This document shows positions 1-13,311 of a stretch of 64,000 nucleotides of DNA, in pieces. The translations under genes were made by a program, and so were the position numbers. The stretch lies in the NCBI GenBank assembly GCA_964016885.1, contig OZ024741.1:328352001-328416000 (forward strand). Direction: 5' to 3'. Position 1 is the stretch's first letter, and the number at the start of each line of letters is the position of its first letter. This DNA is from Eledone cirrhosa (Eukaryota). Under the pieces are notes generated by a model that did not search any database, was not told the DNA's origin, and saw nothing but the letters and a program-made list of their open reading frames with translations.

Positions 1-1238
1 TTTTATTGAATAAAACTATAGGCAAAGCCGTTCTACTCATGACCTCCATACCGATTTGTTTTTTATATCTTCTGCTATTTAGTCCAATTAAACTTTCGTT
101 AATGTTTGCAGGTATGTTTTTATAGTTAAAACGTTCGCTTCCCATCTATGCGTTCCCTGGTTCCAACCCACTACCAGTTAATTTAATGCTACCATAAAAT
201 CACGTCGACCTAATTCTATTGAGTTAAATTTCGTAGATGCTATCTGTGAAGAATTTTAAAGTGTATCTGTGAATAAGTCTTAAACTGTTGCCAATTTTTA
301 AAGTTTAACTCCCCGTCTTTTACATTGTCGTCTAGAGAAGAAACTTTCATTCATATTAGAATATTAGGGAGGGTGGCGTGAGATAGGTCGTTTAGGTCGT
401 TTTAAAACTGGTGGTGTCTATATTTCGCTTGGTTTGATGATAGCAGTTTATACTAGCCATTGAAAGAGAAAGATACTGAGACAAGCGAATTAACAGTGAG
501 GCATAGAGGAAGTAGTGAAATGCTAAGTATTTATCAATTACGAAAGGAAAAAATACGAAAAGGACCTCAATGGGATTTCAATTTAGAATGCAAGGAAATG
601 TAAAAAATAGTGCAAAATGTCTAGACGGTGTTCTAATAACTCAGTTAATTCCCCAAATTGTAGAATCCACTCTGTTGCAAACATTTGGTCTAGCCCATTC
701 TTCTAAGAATAGATTATTTCGATCCAATGGGATATCTAGGATAAAATGGAAATGGACTAGATATTATCTAAAATATCTTTATTTGTAATTTCATAGAATT
801 TGAACTAATAACTATTGTTACTCTCTGGAGTGACAGGTTGGTTCATATGTAGGAGTTTAAATTATCTGTAACTGTTGTAGTTAGGAGTAGTATCACTAGT
901 GATATACTGCGAGTTGAGTTTATATGAATTATTCTCAAGCACACATACATACGTACATACATACGTACCTGCATGCATACATACATAAACATATGCATAA
1001 ATATAAATATAAATATATATATAGAGAGAGGGAAGTTCGAGAGAGAGTGAGAAGACATTTTATTAATTTTACAAACGCTAGTAGAAACAATTATAACTAG
1101 TAAAAACAATTAATTTTACAAACGCCTGTCCAGATTGTTCAGTATCTAAAGTATAAGGGAAACAAGTAGCATCTATAGTGGTCGACAGATATTACAGTCA
1201 TATATATACAATGATTGATATATATATGTGGTGGGGCG

Positions 1239-1483
<245 letters not shown>

Positions 1484-1666
1484 TTATGTTTCATACTGAA
1501 CCCGGTCATTGAAATGTTCATAGTATAATAAACCTTTAAGGAATTACACCAGTCCAGCCTCCTGTTATTTTATAATAATAATAATATATATATATATCCA
1601 GTGAATTTCCAACCCATAAGGTATGATTTTCATAGGTATGTCTCTATTTATAAAACAAACTTTGTA

Positions 1667-1727
1667 TTTTATCTGATGAAAGCGTACCAATATTTTTCTT
1701 GGTACCCTTGAAATATATATAATAAAA
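1667..1727 (+). ncRNA. Type I hammerhead ribozyme motif (PLE pLTR-type)
   Basis: uuuuau-CUGAUGA-stem II (aag.guaccaa/uugguac.cuu)-GAAA-UAUAU-AUA-auaaaa. An inverted copy of 1647-1711 lies at 1818-1882. Confidence 0.7.
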
Positions 1728-1768
1728 TAAATATGGTTTTGTAAATATAGTTTCCATTTATTTAATAT

Positions 1769-1820
<52 letters not shown>

Positions 1821-1884
1821 AGGGTACCAAGAAAAATATTGGTACGCTTTCATCAGATAAAATACAAAGTTTGTTTTATAAAAT

Positions 1885-2519
1885 ATAGCAGTAAATTTCA
1901 GCAAGTTTTGCTCAACAAATAATTTGGAGAAAATATAGGAGTGAAAATTTTAGTAAGTAAGTTAATTTTTAAAATTTTCTTATTTTACGTCTTTCATATA
2001 ATTGCTCTGCATGCCCCTGCATAAAAACACAAAGGTACTAAGACATAACATATATATTTGCTAGCATGGGAGTATATCTGTATACATATGTTGGTAGATA
2101 TACTAATTATCTATATTTAACTCCAAATTATTTGTTGAGCAAAACTTGCTGAAATTTACTGCTATGGTTCTTGGTAGTAGTTAGGCTCTTGTCATAATAC
2201 CACCCCACTCCCCACTGATTAACCTCAGTGTCACGTGATTGATTCTTTAGAATTTGCCACTGACCAAGTAGGCAGTGAATTTTTTCAGTGCCCTGGAATT
2301 TAGTCCCCGCTAGCTTTATTCCATCCACTGAATTATTATTTTTATATGGGTTCCTAGTGTCCGCGCATTGCCTGGGAACGTAGCTGAGAATAGACTCCCT
2401 GATGACGTAAGGACTTCTCTATAGTTGCGTAACTATATTTATTCCCTTACAGAAACTAATTAGTTGGAGTGAAAACTTTAGTAAGTAAGTTAATTTTTAA
2501 AATTTTCTTATTTTACGTC

Positions 2520-2527
<8 letters not shown>
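1885..2527 (+). mobile_element. Non-coding HHR-bearing retrozyme-like / non-autonomous PLE unit: 5' inverted piece + ~528 nt monomer + partial tandem repeat
   Basis: 1885-1937 is the reverse complement of ~2112-2165. 1938-1999 is directly repeated at 2466-2527. HHR at 2394-2470. Second family copy at 63520-64000. Confidence 0.8.
2394..2470 (+). ncRNA. Type I hammerhead ribozyme, intact core
   Basis: acucc-CUGAUGA-c-GUAAGG...CCUUAC-a-GAAAC-UAAUUA-GUU^ggagu. Stem I is acucc/ggagu and stem III is palindromic (AACUAAUUAGUU). Confidence 0.88.
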
Positions 2528-2600
<73 letters not shown>

Positions 2601-2602
<2 letters not shown>

Positions 2603-2790
2603 AAGGAGTAGGACCCCGACGGCTGGGCTCAAGCCGTTTCGACGGCTAATTCTTAGTCCAGAATTAGCCGTCGAAACGGCTTGAGCTCAGCCGTCGGGGT
2701 CCTACTCGTTCCTATTACCCACTCTACTACCCTAAGTATTGATTACTTTGGTGCGTTATGGTCCACCTGGCTCCTTACCACATTTCCTTC
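2601..2790 (+). mobile_element. Fold-back hairpin repeat family (~53 bp arms + ~80 bp tail) in (TA)n
   Basis: 2601-2653 pairs with 2660-2712. Related copies or pieces at 4016-4085, 4715-4785, 5047-5165, 33150-33265, 33292-33480 and 34167-34351 (-). Confidence 0.85.
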
Positions 2791-3368
2791 CATATATATA
2801 TATATATATATATATATGTATACATATATATATGTATGTATACATATATAATAAGTTGACGGAACTAGCATGGGTTACACTACATGTACCGGTTGCATCT
2901 CAGCGTACTCAATAGGTAATGTCAAGTAAACTCATAATACAACGCACGTAAATTGGTATCGTCAAGCTTTACTCGTACTCGAGTTTCGGACACACTTAAT
3001 GCAGCAATAATGTGCACAGCATCTACCATCTGCATTTATTATGCAACAATTAACATGTATAAATATATATTGTTGGGTGTAAGTTTGAATTAAAACGGTG
3101 TACCCAAAATTTAAAAACCGTTTAAAGGAATCTAGGTCACGAAAAGTAGCGCTTCAAATATAGATGATGTAGAGAATGTTCCGAAATAGGTTCATAGAAA
3201 TGCAGGAAACTCCATCGGAAATTGCATTGGAACGCTGGAAATTGGGGATATTAAATGGATATATATATATCGGTGTGTGTGCGTGTGTGTGTGTGTGCAT
3301 GTCTGTGTGTGTGTGTAAATGTATGTGTGAATGTGTGTGTGTATGTGTTTATATACATGCATATATGC

Positions 3369-3487
<119 letters not shown>

Positions 3488-3654
3488 AATATTGATATTT
3501 TTTATTTCATTATAGAAATATAGACTAAATATTCAACTCGATACGATATTAGGTTATTTCGATCGGGAAAACAGCATTAAAAATTGAGATAATGTTTGGC
3601 CCATGACATTGTCAAGTATATATACACACATACACACACATACACACATACACT

Positions 3655-3720
<66 letters not shown>

Positions 3721-3963
3721 AATGAAGTATTTCCGTCGGAACGGTACATGAAAAAAGAGTGCTCTATGTAGGCTATAGATAATTATTTCATTTACCAGTG
3801 GTTTCTTGAAGGCAGATGTTGTGTAAATTTAGGAAATATGAAAGTGAGGCTGAAAAAAACGGGCGAAAAGGAAATAGGGGAAAAAATATAAAAAAAAAAT
3901 ATATATATATAAAAGTATGAATAAATATCCAGAACATAAACATACACACACTCAACTACGCGC

Positions 3964-4017
<54 letters not shown>

Positions 4018-5245
4018 AAAGCTTCAGGACCCCGACGGCAGAGCTCAAGTCGTTTCAACGGCTATTTCTGGTCTAAATTCAATTTTTAGCGTGGTAATAA
4101 AATAGCCGAGCTTTTCATGGGGTAATTCCATATATGGGCACGCGATAATCAGGTATTTTTAAAGGATCGGTTGAAGTTTCTTGTAAACACAGTGAACTCT
4201 TTCATGGCAGTGGGTCGAGGGGGTGGACTTACTTGCCTGTAGAACAATGAGGGAGTGGGTGAAGCGGGTCAAACGTTAAAAGTATATTCTATACAGCGAA
4301 TTCTAAGGAGTGTGGATTTAATAGGCTTGCTAGAAAGCAAGCGAAAATAGAATTATACAGAAATCGGAAAATTATAAAATAAAAAAAACTGGAGTCTAAA
4401 ACAGCTGATATATTTTTAGCTGGTGTTGCGTTTTCAGCCAATTTTGTATAGAATTCATCAAAAATCCTAACAAAACTGGTCTGAGAATGAAATAGACTTT
4501 CTAATGCATGGAACTGCATTACCCAATGAAATAAACCTTCTAATGCATGGAACTGCATTACCCAAACGGAAAACATAGGTGTCAGAGATAAATTATCATC
4601 TATACTTCTCACAAAACATACTTACACACCCCTCGCAACCCCGTCATTTGCCGCTATTCTGCACGTAAGAGGTTTTGTACTGCCAAAGACTGCAAACCAC
4701 TCATTTACCCGGGACCAACCCTGGCTAAGTATTGAGTACTCTGGTGCGTTATAGTCCACCTGATATTTTACCACACCCTCTTTGTTATATATACATATAT
4801 ATATACATATGAGGTTGTGATTTAGATTCACAGACTGGGCAGTGCGTTATATCCTTCAGCAAGACAATTCTTTTAACTTGTTCCTTCTGTCTGGAGTTGC
4901 GACCGACATATAGTATTAGCAAATGGAAATACCGATGGAAAAATTGTTTCCTCGGTCCCTTTTTATGAGCTCAACCCTACTCGTTAAGCGAATGATGTCT
5001 GAGATCTTGTCGATTTACTATCAATATTTATATATATATATATATATATGGGAAAATTCAGGACCCAGGCGGCTGAGCTCCGAATTGTTTCATATTACCC
5101 ACTCTACTACCCCAAGTATCGCGTACTCTGGTGAGTAATGGTCTAACTGGTTTCTACCGCCTCCATTCTGATATATATATATATATATATCCCAATTCTT
5201 GCTAAAAGACGTTAATGATTGATGATGATGATATATATATTAATG

Positions 5246-5290
<45 letters not shown>

Positions 5291-5485
5291 CGAGAGAAAG
5301 AGACCCTGGAAACAAGGGTTTTTTAATAAGGTGTATCGTTTCTTTTCCATACCCTTGTTTAGATTCTACTTCCTTTTATATATTTCATTCTATCTCTTGA
5401 ACACCTATCGTCCCAAATGTGAAGTCACGTTACTCGTTTTCTCGAGCATGTATAATCGTTGTCCTGGATTAATACACACACGCCA

Positions 5486-5655
<170 letters not shown>

Positions 5656-5832
5656 TTATATATATATAGAGAGAGAGAGAAAAGGTGACATTGGAAATAG
5701 CACGGAAAATATATTTAAGTGTCTGTTTTTCTTTTTTTCCTTTCTTTGATTCGTCAAAGAGACATTATTGAAAACAATGAGAGGGACAATTCTTTTTTAA
5801 AAGAGTTTTATAATCTATATAAAGTATATACA

Positions 5833-5878
5833 GTATAACCGGTTTCGATGTATTAGTAACATTCATCTTATCAAATGT
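5833..5878 (-). ncRNA. Degenerate hammerhead motif (pLTR relic)
   Basis: Minus strand UUGAUAA-GAUG...CAUC-GAAAC-CG-GUU, with palindromic AACCGGUU and two core substitutions. Confidence 0.45.
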
Positions 5879-6575
5879 TCAGTGTATTACAATTAAAAAG
5901 AATTAATAAGAATTAAAAACTAATAATTGAATATTTAAAATTAAGTGTTGTGGTAAGTGTTTTCATCTTCCTTGTTGAGAAGGAGGCAATATATATATAC
6001 ATAAATATATATATAAATATAAAGTAGGAGAATTAATATGGAGGATTGTGAGATATGCATCAAATGAAGATTACGTTTCAAAAAAACAGTACATTGTGGT
6101 ATAAATATATAAATGGCAAAGGGTGACAAATAAACAATGAAAAATAATATTATAGACAATATATTTCAACATAATATTTCATGGGTATCACACTCTTTTC
6201 AAAAGCGATACAGAAACGGTTTGAAATAATATATATATATGCATCCTGAAGACCATTTAGTGCATTTAACTGTTAGATCTCAATGTATCCTGAATTAAGA
6301 CTCAACAATCTTAATCATCGCATAGTCCAAGTGGAGTATATGCAGTGAAGAATAAGTATGCATAAATGGAAACTGGTGTTGAGAGAAGAGAGATTGAACT
6401 TTATCAGTTCCCCTATCTACTATGATCGGCAAACTATCTGATGAAGCTGCATAGATACTAGGGAAACAAATCACTGCATAGTCATTATATCCGTCGAAAT
6501 ATTAGTAATGAAAGATTTCCGAATAAATTGTTGTAAAAAACCCATTATGCATACTTATTTTCATTATATATATAT

Positions 6576-6694
6576 GGCGCTGGATTGGCAGAACCAGTAG
6601 AGGGTCGGACGTCATGCTTTGCAGCATAGAGTTAGGGCCCTTTACTGTCTGAGTTCAAATCTCGCCGCGGTAATCTTTACCTTTCATCCTTACG
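6576..6694 (+). mobile_element. tRNA-derived SINE, 3'-truncated
   Basis: A-box-like TGGCAGAACCAG, B-box GAGTTCAAATCT and the start of the central CCTTTCATCCTTACGG domain. Confidence 0.85.
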
Positions 6695-6696
6695 GC

Positions 6697-7230
6697 CCTC
6701 CGCCATACCATCAAGGAACGATTCCTGAACCATCAGTCGAACTTTAGATACCCGGACAATCGATCGCCAACGAAACTAGCGAGCCACGTATGGTCCCCCA
6801 AAGACACAGGCGTGGACTACTTCATCCAATGCAAGGATTAATCCGTCTTGTGGACTGTACATTGAAGAGAGGATCAATATTCTGAAGGGATTACGCAATA
6901 ACGTTTGCCTAAAGCATGTAATGAGCTTTTTTCACGTTGTCCACACGTCTGGAAACTCCTCTTGCATAATGACAAAGCTGCGGATTGAATAACATCAACA
7001 TTCTAATCTTCTAATCAACTCGAATAATTTATTCCGGAGATTCTCAGCTATCTCCCTTACAACTTTCGATTGTGGGATTATATCCCTGGGAGAGGTGACC
7101 GTTTCTGCGCATGAGTATTCATACAGGTGCTTTTCCTTTTCCGTACAACCACACTGAGACCGAGCTGAAGATCCGCAAGATGAAACATTTGTTCTCGGTA
7201 TAGTGAACTAACTGTTGTGATACTACTTCT
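6697..7230 (+). mobile_element. 5'-truncated Hydra-type Penelope-like element: decayed GIY-YIG C-terminus + 3' region with HHR
   Basis: Translates as TIKERFLNHQSNFRYPDNRSPTKLASHVW...SCGLYIEERINIL...ELFSRCPH, parallel to the C-terminus of ORF 13414-14883. Confidence 0.75.
7159..7199 (+). ncRNA. Minimal type I hammerhead ribozyme
   Basis: accgag-CUGAAGA-uccgcaagau-GAAAC-AUUU-GUU^cucggu, with a 6-bp stem I and a very short stem II. Confidence 0.8.
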
Positions 7231-8469
7231 ATACATATATATATATATAAGTGTGTGTGTGTGTATGTGTGTGTGTGGGGTGCGTGTGTGTGTGTGCGTG
7301 GGTGTGTGTGGTTGTGTATCACTTCACTTCTCATGAACATCCAGCTTCCTGTACAATTTATTAATTTTCAGATGGATACTTATGAATAAGTTAATCATTT
7401 TCCCTCCAATTTCCAAATATTTTAGGGGCTTTTTTTCCTTCTTCAATATATTCGAAATGCCAGTTGTTAAAATGAAGCAGAAAGTAACAATAAAAACCAA
7501 CAATAACACCTTTAGACGAGATTATTCGTTTTATCTCATTGGCTGCTAGCAAGTCAAAAAAAAAAATGAAAGGAAAAAAAAGAAATATGTTATACATCAT
7601 TGCAACATTTGCCGTTCTTCCGAGATACCGTTTCGGAAGTAGACATGACTATGCACAATATATTTCCAATGGCTGCTGATTGCATATCAACGAATCAACG
7701 AATCCTATATGCGTAGAATGAAATGATGCCTTGTTTATTTTCCTTTTAATGATTTTTCTCCTTGTAAAATGTTGTGTTTTTTCTTTGTTCTTATTCTTTT
7801 GCTTTTCGTTTTTTTTTCATTTTTACTTTTATTTTTATTTATTTATTTATTTTCATATATTTACTTATTTAGATTTTATTGTTCGTTCCACTCGCACCAT
7901 AATCTGTATTGATCACATCGCTTGCAAATTATGTCTTTTAATCTAGTTGAAAAAAATAACATGCATTGCAATGTATACTTGGCATCAGGTTTCCGCAAAA
8001 CCTGTAACATTTTTCACATTATTTTACTTTGTTTAATTTATGAACAGCTCACTTAAAGGGAATATTCTTCACAAATACCAGCTGATTGGAAAGATAGTTG
8101 TTAAGAGAGAACGAAATAAAATAAAATAATATAATATAATATAAAACAATATATTTATAGATAAGTGACACAACGATACACTCTATATTTTGTAGGGGTG
8201 GCTGTTATTCAAATGTTCCTAGTGCCGTTGTATTCAGAATGGTTGTTATGCGAACAATATTAATGAAATGAGTGTGTGCCTGTGGTATACATTTTAAGCA
8301 GTGTGCTATGTTTGTGCAAAGCGAGGAAGCTTCATAGATTGGAGGGTATGATGATATATAGTAAAAAGATTACATGTTGAGGGTTATAGAAGGGTATGGT
8401 CCTTTAAACTCCTGATTGAAATATGCCCAATTTCTACAATATATGAAAAAGAATTGACTCCCTTATTGC

Positions 8470-8610
8470 ACTTGTATTTCATTTATTGACCTCGAAAGGA
8501 AGAAATACAATGTAGACCGTGGCGAGATTAGAATTTGGAGAGCAAAGAACCGCAATAAATACCACAATGCATAAATACAACTTTCTAGTGACTCTCATAT
8601 TACACCGTCT
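8470..8610 (-). mobile_element. Diverged SINE of a related subfamily
   Basis: TTTATTGACCTCGAAAGGAAGAAA...GACCGTGGCGAGATTAGAA resembles the minus-strand SINE core. Confidence 0.55.
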
Positions 8611-9062
8611 TATCGTGTATAGTAATATAAAGTAGGCTATGACGAAAATATTTCGAAATTAAAATTCAAGCCATATATTAAAATTAATATATACAATATA
8701 CTGTATTTCTGACCCGAAGGAACGATGTTAGATACCTATAGGTGTCTACGGCCATACGAAGCCTTTTCCCGCTATTTCCCGCTATTTTAAATATTTTGAT
8801 TGCGGAGTTAATTCAGCCTGTCATAAAAAGAAAAATGGCTTCCTACCATAAAAAGTTTAGAAAGCGTAGGGGATTTCTAAGTGTAGGTAATCCCGAAATT
8901 ATCTATAAATATACAAAGACCTTAAATAATATAAGTGAATATGGAGTTAACTATAAACAAGAAAAAAATAAGGCAGGCAACTTGTGTTTCACAGGGATTC
9001 GGTTGAAATATCGAAGAAAATAAATTCAATTAATCCGGTCTAGACCATTTTTTTTCAGCTGA

Positions 9063-9850
9063 AGCACGTCTTTAGGCAGCATTTCTCTCAAGCCAGTTGC
9101 GAGAGTATAAAAATCTGGCAAAATATTGACCCATTGACGTAGGTGGTGGATCTTTCCAGAATCCTCCATTTAATGGAGAACGCTGTGCCGTTATTTTTGA
9201 GATTTCACAAAAGTTTCGCGTGCTGCGTAGCATGTTTATCATTTTTGTCAGGGTGTCACCATTCACCCTCAATATGAAAATCAAAGTAATGTTGAAAATT
9301 CCTAGCCTCCTTAGATTTTCACTTCCCTGTATGCCATGAATACTGACAAATATTCAACTGTCCCAGAGTGAAAATAGGCTACTCTTGTTTCCAAAAATAT
9401 CAAATCGCACACACCAACAAACGCAAGAGCCTTCCACCTTACGGTTGTTCATCTAGAAGGCCAGATTCATGTCCCTTGGATCAACAGTGCAAAACTCCAA
9501 CGGCCATATATGGAGCAGATTTGACCGCCACCAAACTGAAGCCTTGACGTATGTAGGAATGTCTGAGAGCAGTCCAAAGCCGTTTCCTGAACCACAAAAC
9601 AAACTTCAGACACCCTGACAAAAAGATCACCACTCAGATCGCGAATCGTATGTAAAACTTCAAACAACGGCACAACATTATCCATTAAATGGAGGATACT
9701 GGAAAGATCCCACCCTATGACCATGGGACGAAATCTTGTTGGTTGTGTAACTCGGAGAAGTGGAATATATTGTCGCAACTGGTTTCTGGGAAATGCTGCT
9801 TAATTACGCGCAACATGTTTCACTCGATGTCTATAAGAAGCAGAATTTAT
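9063..9850 (+). mobile_element. Old Hydra-type PLE fragment (linker + GIY-YIG) with inverted 5' segment
   Basis: FLASLDFHFP..IFNCPRVKIGYSC..CSSRRPDSCPLDQQC..TYVGMSE..RFLNHKTNFRHP..IKWRILER..SCWLCNSEK, with stops and frameshifts. 9065-9258 is a diverged reverse complement of ~9610-9810. Confidence 0.75.
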
Positions 9851-10392
9851 TCTAAAATATGATCTAGGCAGGATTAATTACATATTTTCTTCTCATTTTC
9901 AACTTAACTCTGGGCACCCTGTAAAATGCAGGTTGCCTACCTTAGGTTTCTTTTATTGTTACCTCAAAGTTGGAGTACAACAGGCCGAAGCATATATACC
10001 AGTTCGGTTTGTAATACCGCCCGAGAATATAATCCACACTCCTGAATAGAACACTTATCCATCTATGATACACATGTGGATGGTACACATTTTCAACTGG
10101 AAGTGAAATGTGTCCTTCAATAATTCCATGCACCACCTGGTTAAAGAAAGAGGGCCTATTCATTACACTTGTATGTCGTACAACCCAAACACTATGTGCG
10201 TATACGCACACACACTCTGACACAGACACACACACATATATATATCCATATATAAATATATATATATATATATAATTGCAGGGATGAACACAGATATAAG
10301 TATACATGTGTTCCAATTGCAAATGACCATGTTAGTATTTTTTCAACCTAGCTAAGTTGGTCATTTGCAATTGGAACACATGTATATGCACA

Positions 10393-10460
<68 letters not shown>

Positions 10461-10484
10461 GTGTGTGTGTGTGTGTGTGTGTAT

Positions 10485-10560
<76 letters not shown>

Positions 10561-10562
10561 AT

Positions 10563-10596
<34 letters not shown>

Positions 10597-10637
10597 GGCC
10601 TCGGCCGGATGGCTGAAACAGGTAAAAGAGTAAAAGA

Positions 10638-10678
<41 letters not shown>

Positions 10679-11121
10679 TTCGCGGATGTAGAGGTTATCT
10701 CCCTAGCCAAATTCCATGTCCGTATTTAGCCTGGGTTAAGCCTTCTTATCCGTTCGGACGAAGCACGTTGAAGAAGTAAATTTCCTGTCCCCTGAATTCT
10801 AGAAGTCTTATATATTTATATGTGAGCTGATAGAGTACAGTTTAAGGATTTACAGAAACCCAAGAAGCTAGATTTAACACCTTTCTAGTGGGTCCGGGTA
10901 TGATTTTACATTCATTTAAATTATTAATTTATTGATATTTTTTATCTGAGTGTCCCGTATCTTCTGTTACCGATTTTTTCGATCGTACGGTTGATTATGG
11001 ACTTGTTCTATATGTGACGGTATTTTAACGATAGCTATAGCTCTGATTTATCTGAATTATTGAGCCCTCTGCCGCTCATTTCGAATTTTGTTTATCGTGA
11101 ACTCGTGCGCCGATTTTTCGA

Positions 11122-11516
<395 letters not shown>

Positions 11517-11551
11517 CAAAGAAGCCTTCAATACATGAAAAGTCTTTATTA

Positions 11552-11589
11552 GCCAACAATGTTTCGTCCTATTAAGGACTCCTCAGGGC
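11552..11589 (-). ncRNA. Minimal type I hammerhead ribozyme (intact core), left arm
   Basis: gcc-CUGAGGA-GUCCU uaau AGGAC-GAAAC-AUU-GUU^ggc, followed by AAUAAA. Confidence 0.82.
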
Positions 11590-13311
11590 AAGAAAGCTAT
11601 AAGAAGCACTATCGGCCAATACAAGCCAAAAACTCAGAGAAATATGGAGTATACATACATTAAAGCATAGGAAAATTATCAAGTAAAAATTATCAAGTAA
11701 AAATTGCAAAGGAAGTGAATAACATTTTGAACCATATTACAAATATAGTACAATGCAAAAACTAAAGCTAAACACAAGTGGTGATATAAAGCAAGAATTA
11801 CACTACTATATATAATATAATATAATATTATATAATATAATATGATATAATATAATTGATAATGATAATAATAATAATATTAAAAGGCCCAATATACATA
11901 TATATATATATATACATATGTACACATATATATGTATATATCAATACACATATCCATCAATACAAACACAAACTAACACGAATTAAGAGTTTAAATATAA
12001 ATAAATAAAAATAAAAATAAAAATAAAAATATAATACATATATTATTTACAGTATAAAATGATAAAGAAATGAGTAAAAGTAAACATATAATATATAATA
12101 TACTATATAATTATATAATTAATAGTCTCCGGTCAATTTGCACAAACAATGTAAATATTACAATAACACTACAATAACAATATTATAATATATTGGCATA
12201 TAACTTAACAAATCATATAAAGTTACACACAGGGTGAGAAAAAAATATCATACAGAACTAAATTGTGTTGAAAAAATTGTGCTGGAAAAATATCTATACC
12301 GTTGTAATAAAATAGACGGAGGTCAAGTTTTTCTACAATTGGTATAAATAAATATCATCTAAACATTACAAAAATTATAAAAATATAAACATATTACAGA
12401 ATTTACAAAATTTAACATAAGGGTACATCGAATAATCGGTAAATATATAAGATCAATAGTACGATTACATAGATTGATATGATATAACAACTTCAATATC
12501 AAATAATGAACATAGTATAATATACATAATTACATGGTTGGTAGACAGCCATATGTGAATAAGTGAATAAGAACCAGACAGAAACTACGCACGGTAGTAA
12601 AAAAATATAAATAAATTCACCGGAAATCGAAACACAAAAACAAATATATTTACTTAGGTGTCACAAGCAGTTAAGTAAAAAAATTAGGAATCAAACCCGG
12701 ATAAATGACTAGAAAGCCCTATTAAATTAATTAATATTGAAAGTATTTAAAATACATAATAAGTCAATACAAAATTAGCTATGGTTTAAGTAATCAAAAT
12801 CTCCAAAGTTTAAGATATCTCAATAAAAATATCCAGAATAGAATGAAATATTCTACTATCAGTTGAATAACGTTATCTAATAAACGTACTTTAGATAAAA
12901 CTATGGTAGGCCAATGGGGACAGAAAAAAGAAATGTATGGTGGATACGAAGGAGCATAAAATCATAATCAATATACTGTATTATACAATAGAAAGGAGCA
13001 TAAAAGGGAATTGAATATAATTATAGTATAATTGAAGGGGCGAATGACAAGTGTGGGGGAGGGGGTTAATTATCTAAATGAGAATCCAAATAAAATAAAA
13101 TAAAATAATATAAAATAAAATAAAATAAAATATATAATCAGATATAAACTCATAAGGTGTTAATAGTGAAAATATAATATTTAAGAAGATAGATATGGTA
13201 TGGTAGCCAAAAGACTATGAAAGCTAGATCGAAAAGCTGTTAAAAACCAATAATAATAATGATAATGATGGTGGTAAACAAAATGAACCTAAACAAAAAA
13301 GATAAGGGACC

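Noticed and set aside
1-900. Moderately complex sequence with a short ORF (570-788)
   Set aside because: No recognisable motif in the frames I translated; left unannotated.
6430-6510. CTGATGA...GAAA hammerhead candidate
   Set aside because: Could not form consistent stems I-III.
9908-9923. Tc1/mariner-like terminus (CTGGGCACCCTGTA)
   Set aside because: No partner TIR or transposase found; adjacent coding relic is PLE.
9941-10042. Possible minus-strand exon (TTCTATTCAG acceptor, AAG|GTAGGC donor)
   Set aside because: All three frames hit stops before that donor and no protein family is recognisable.
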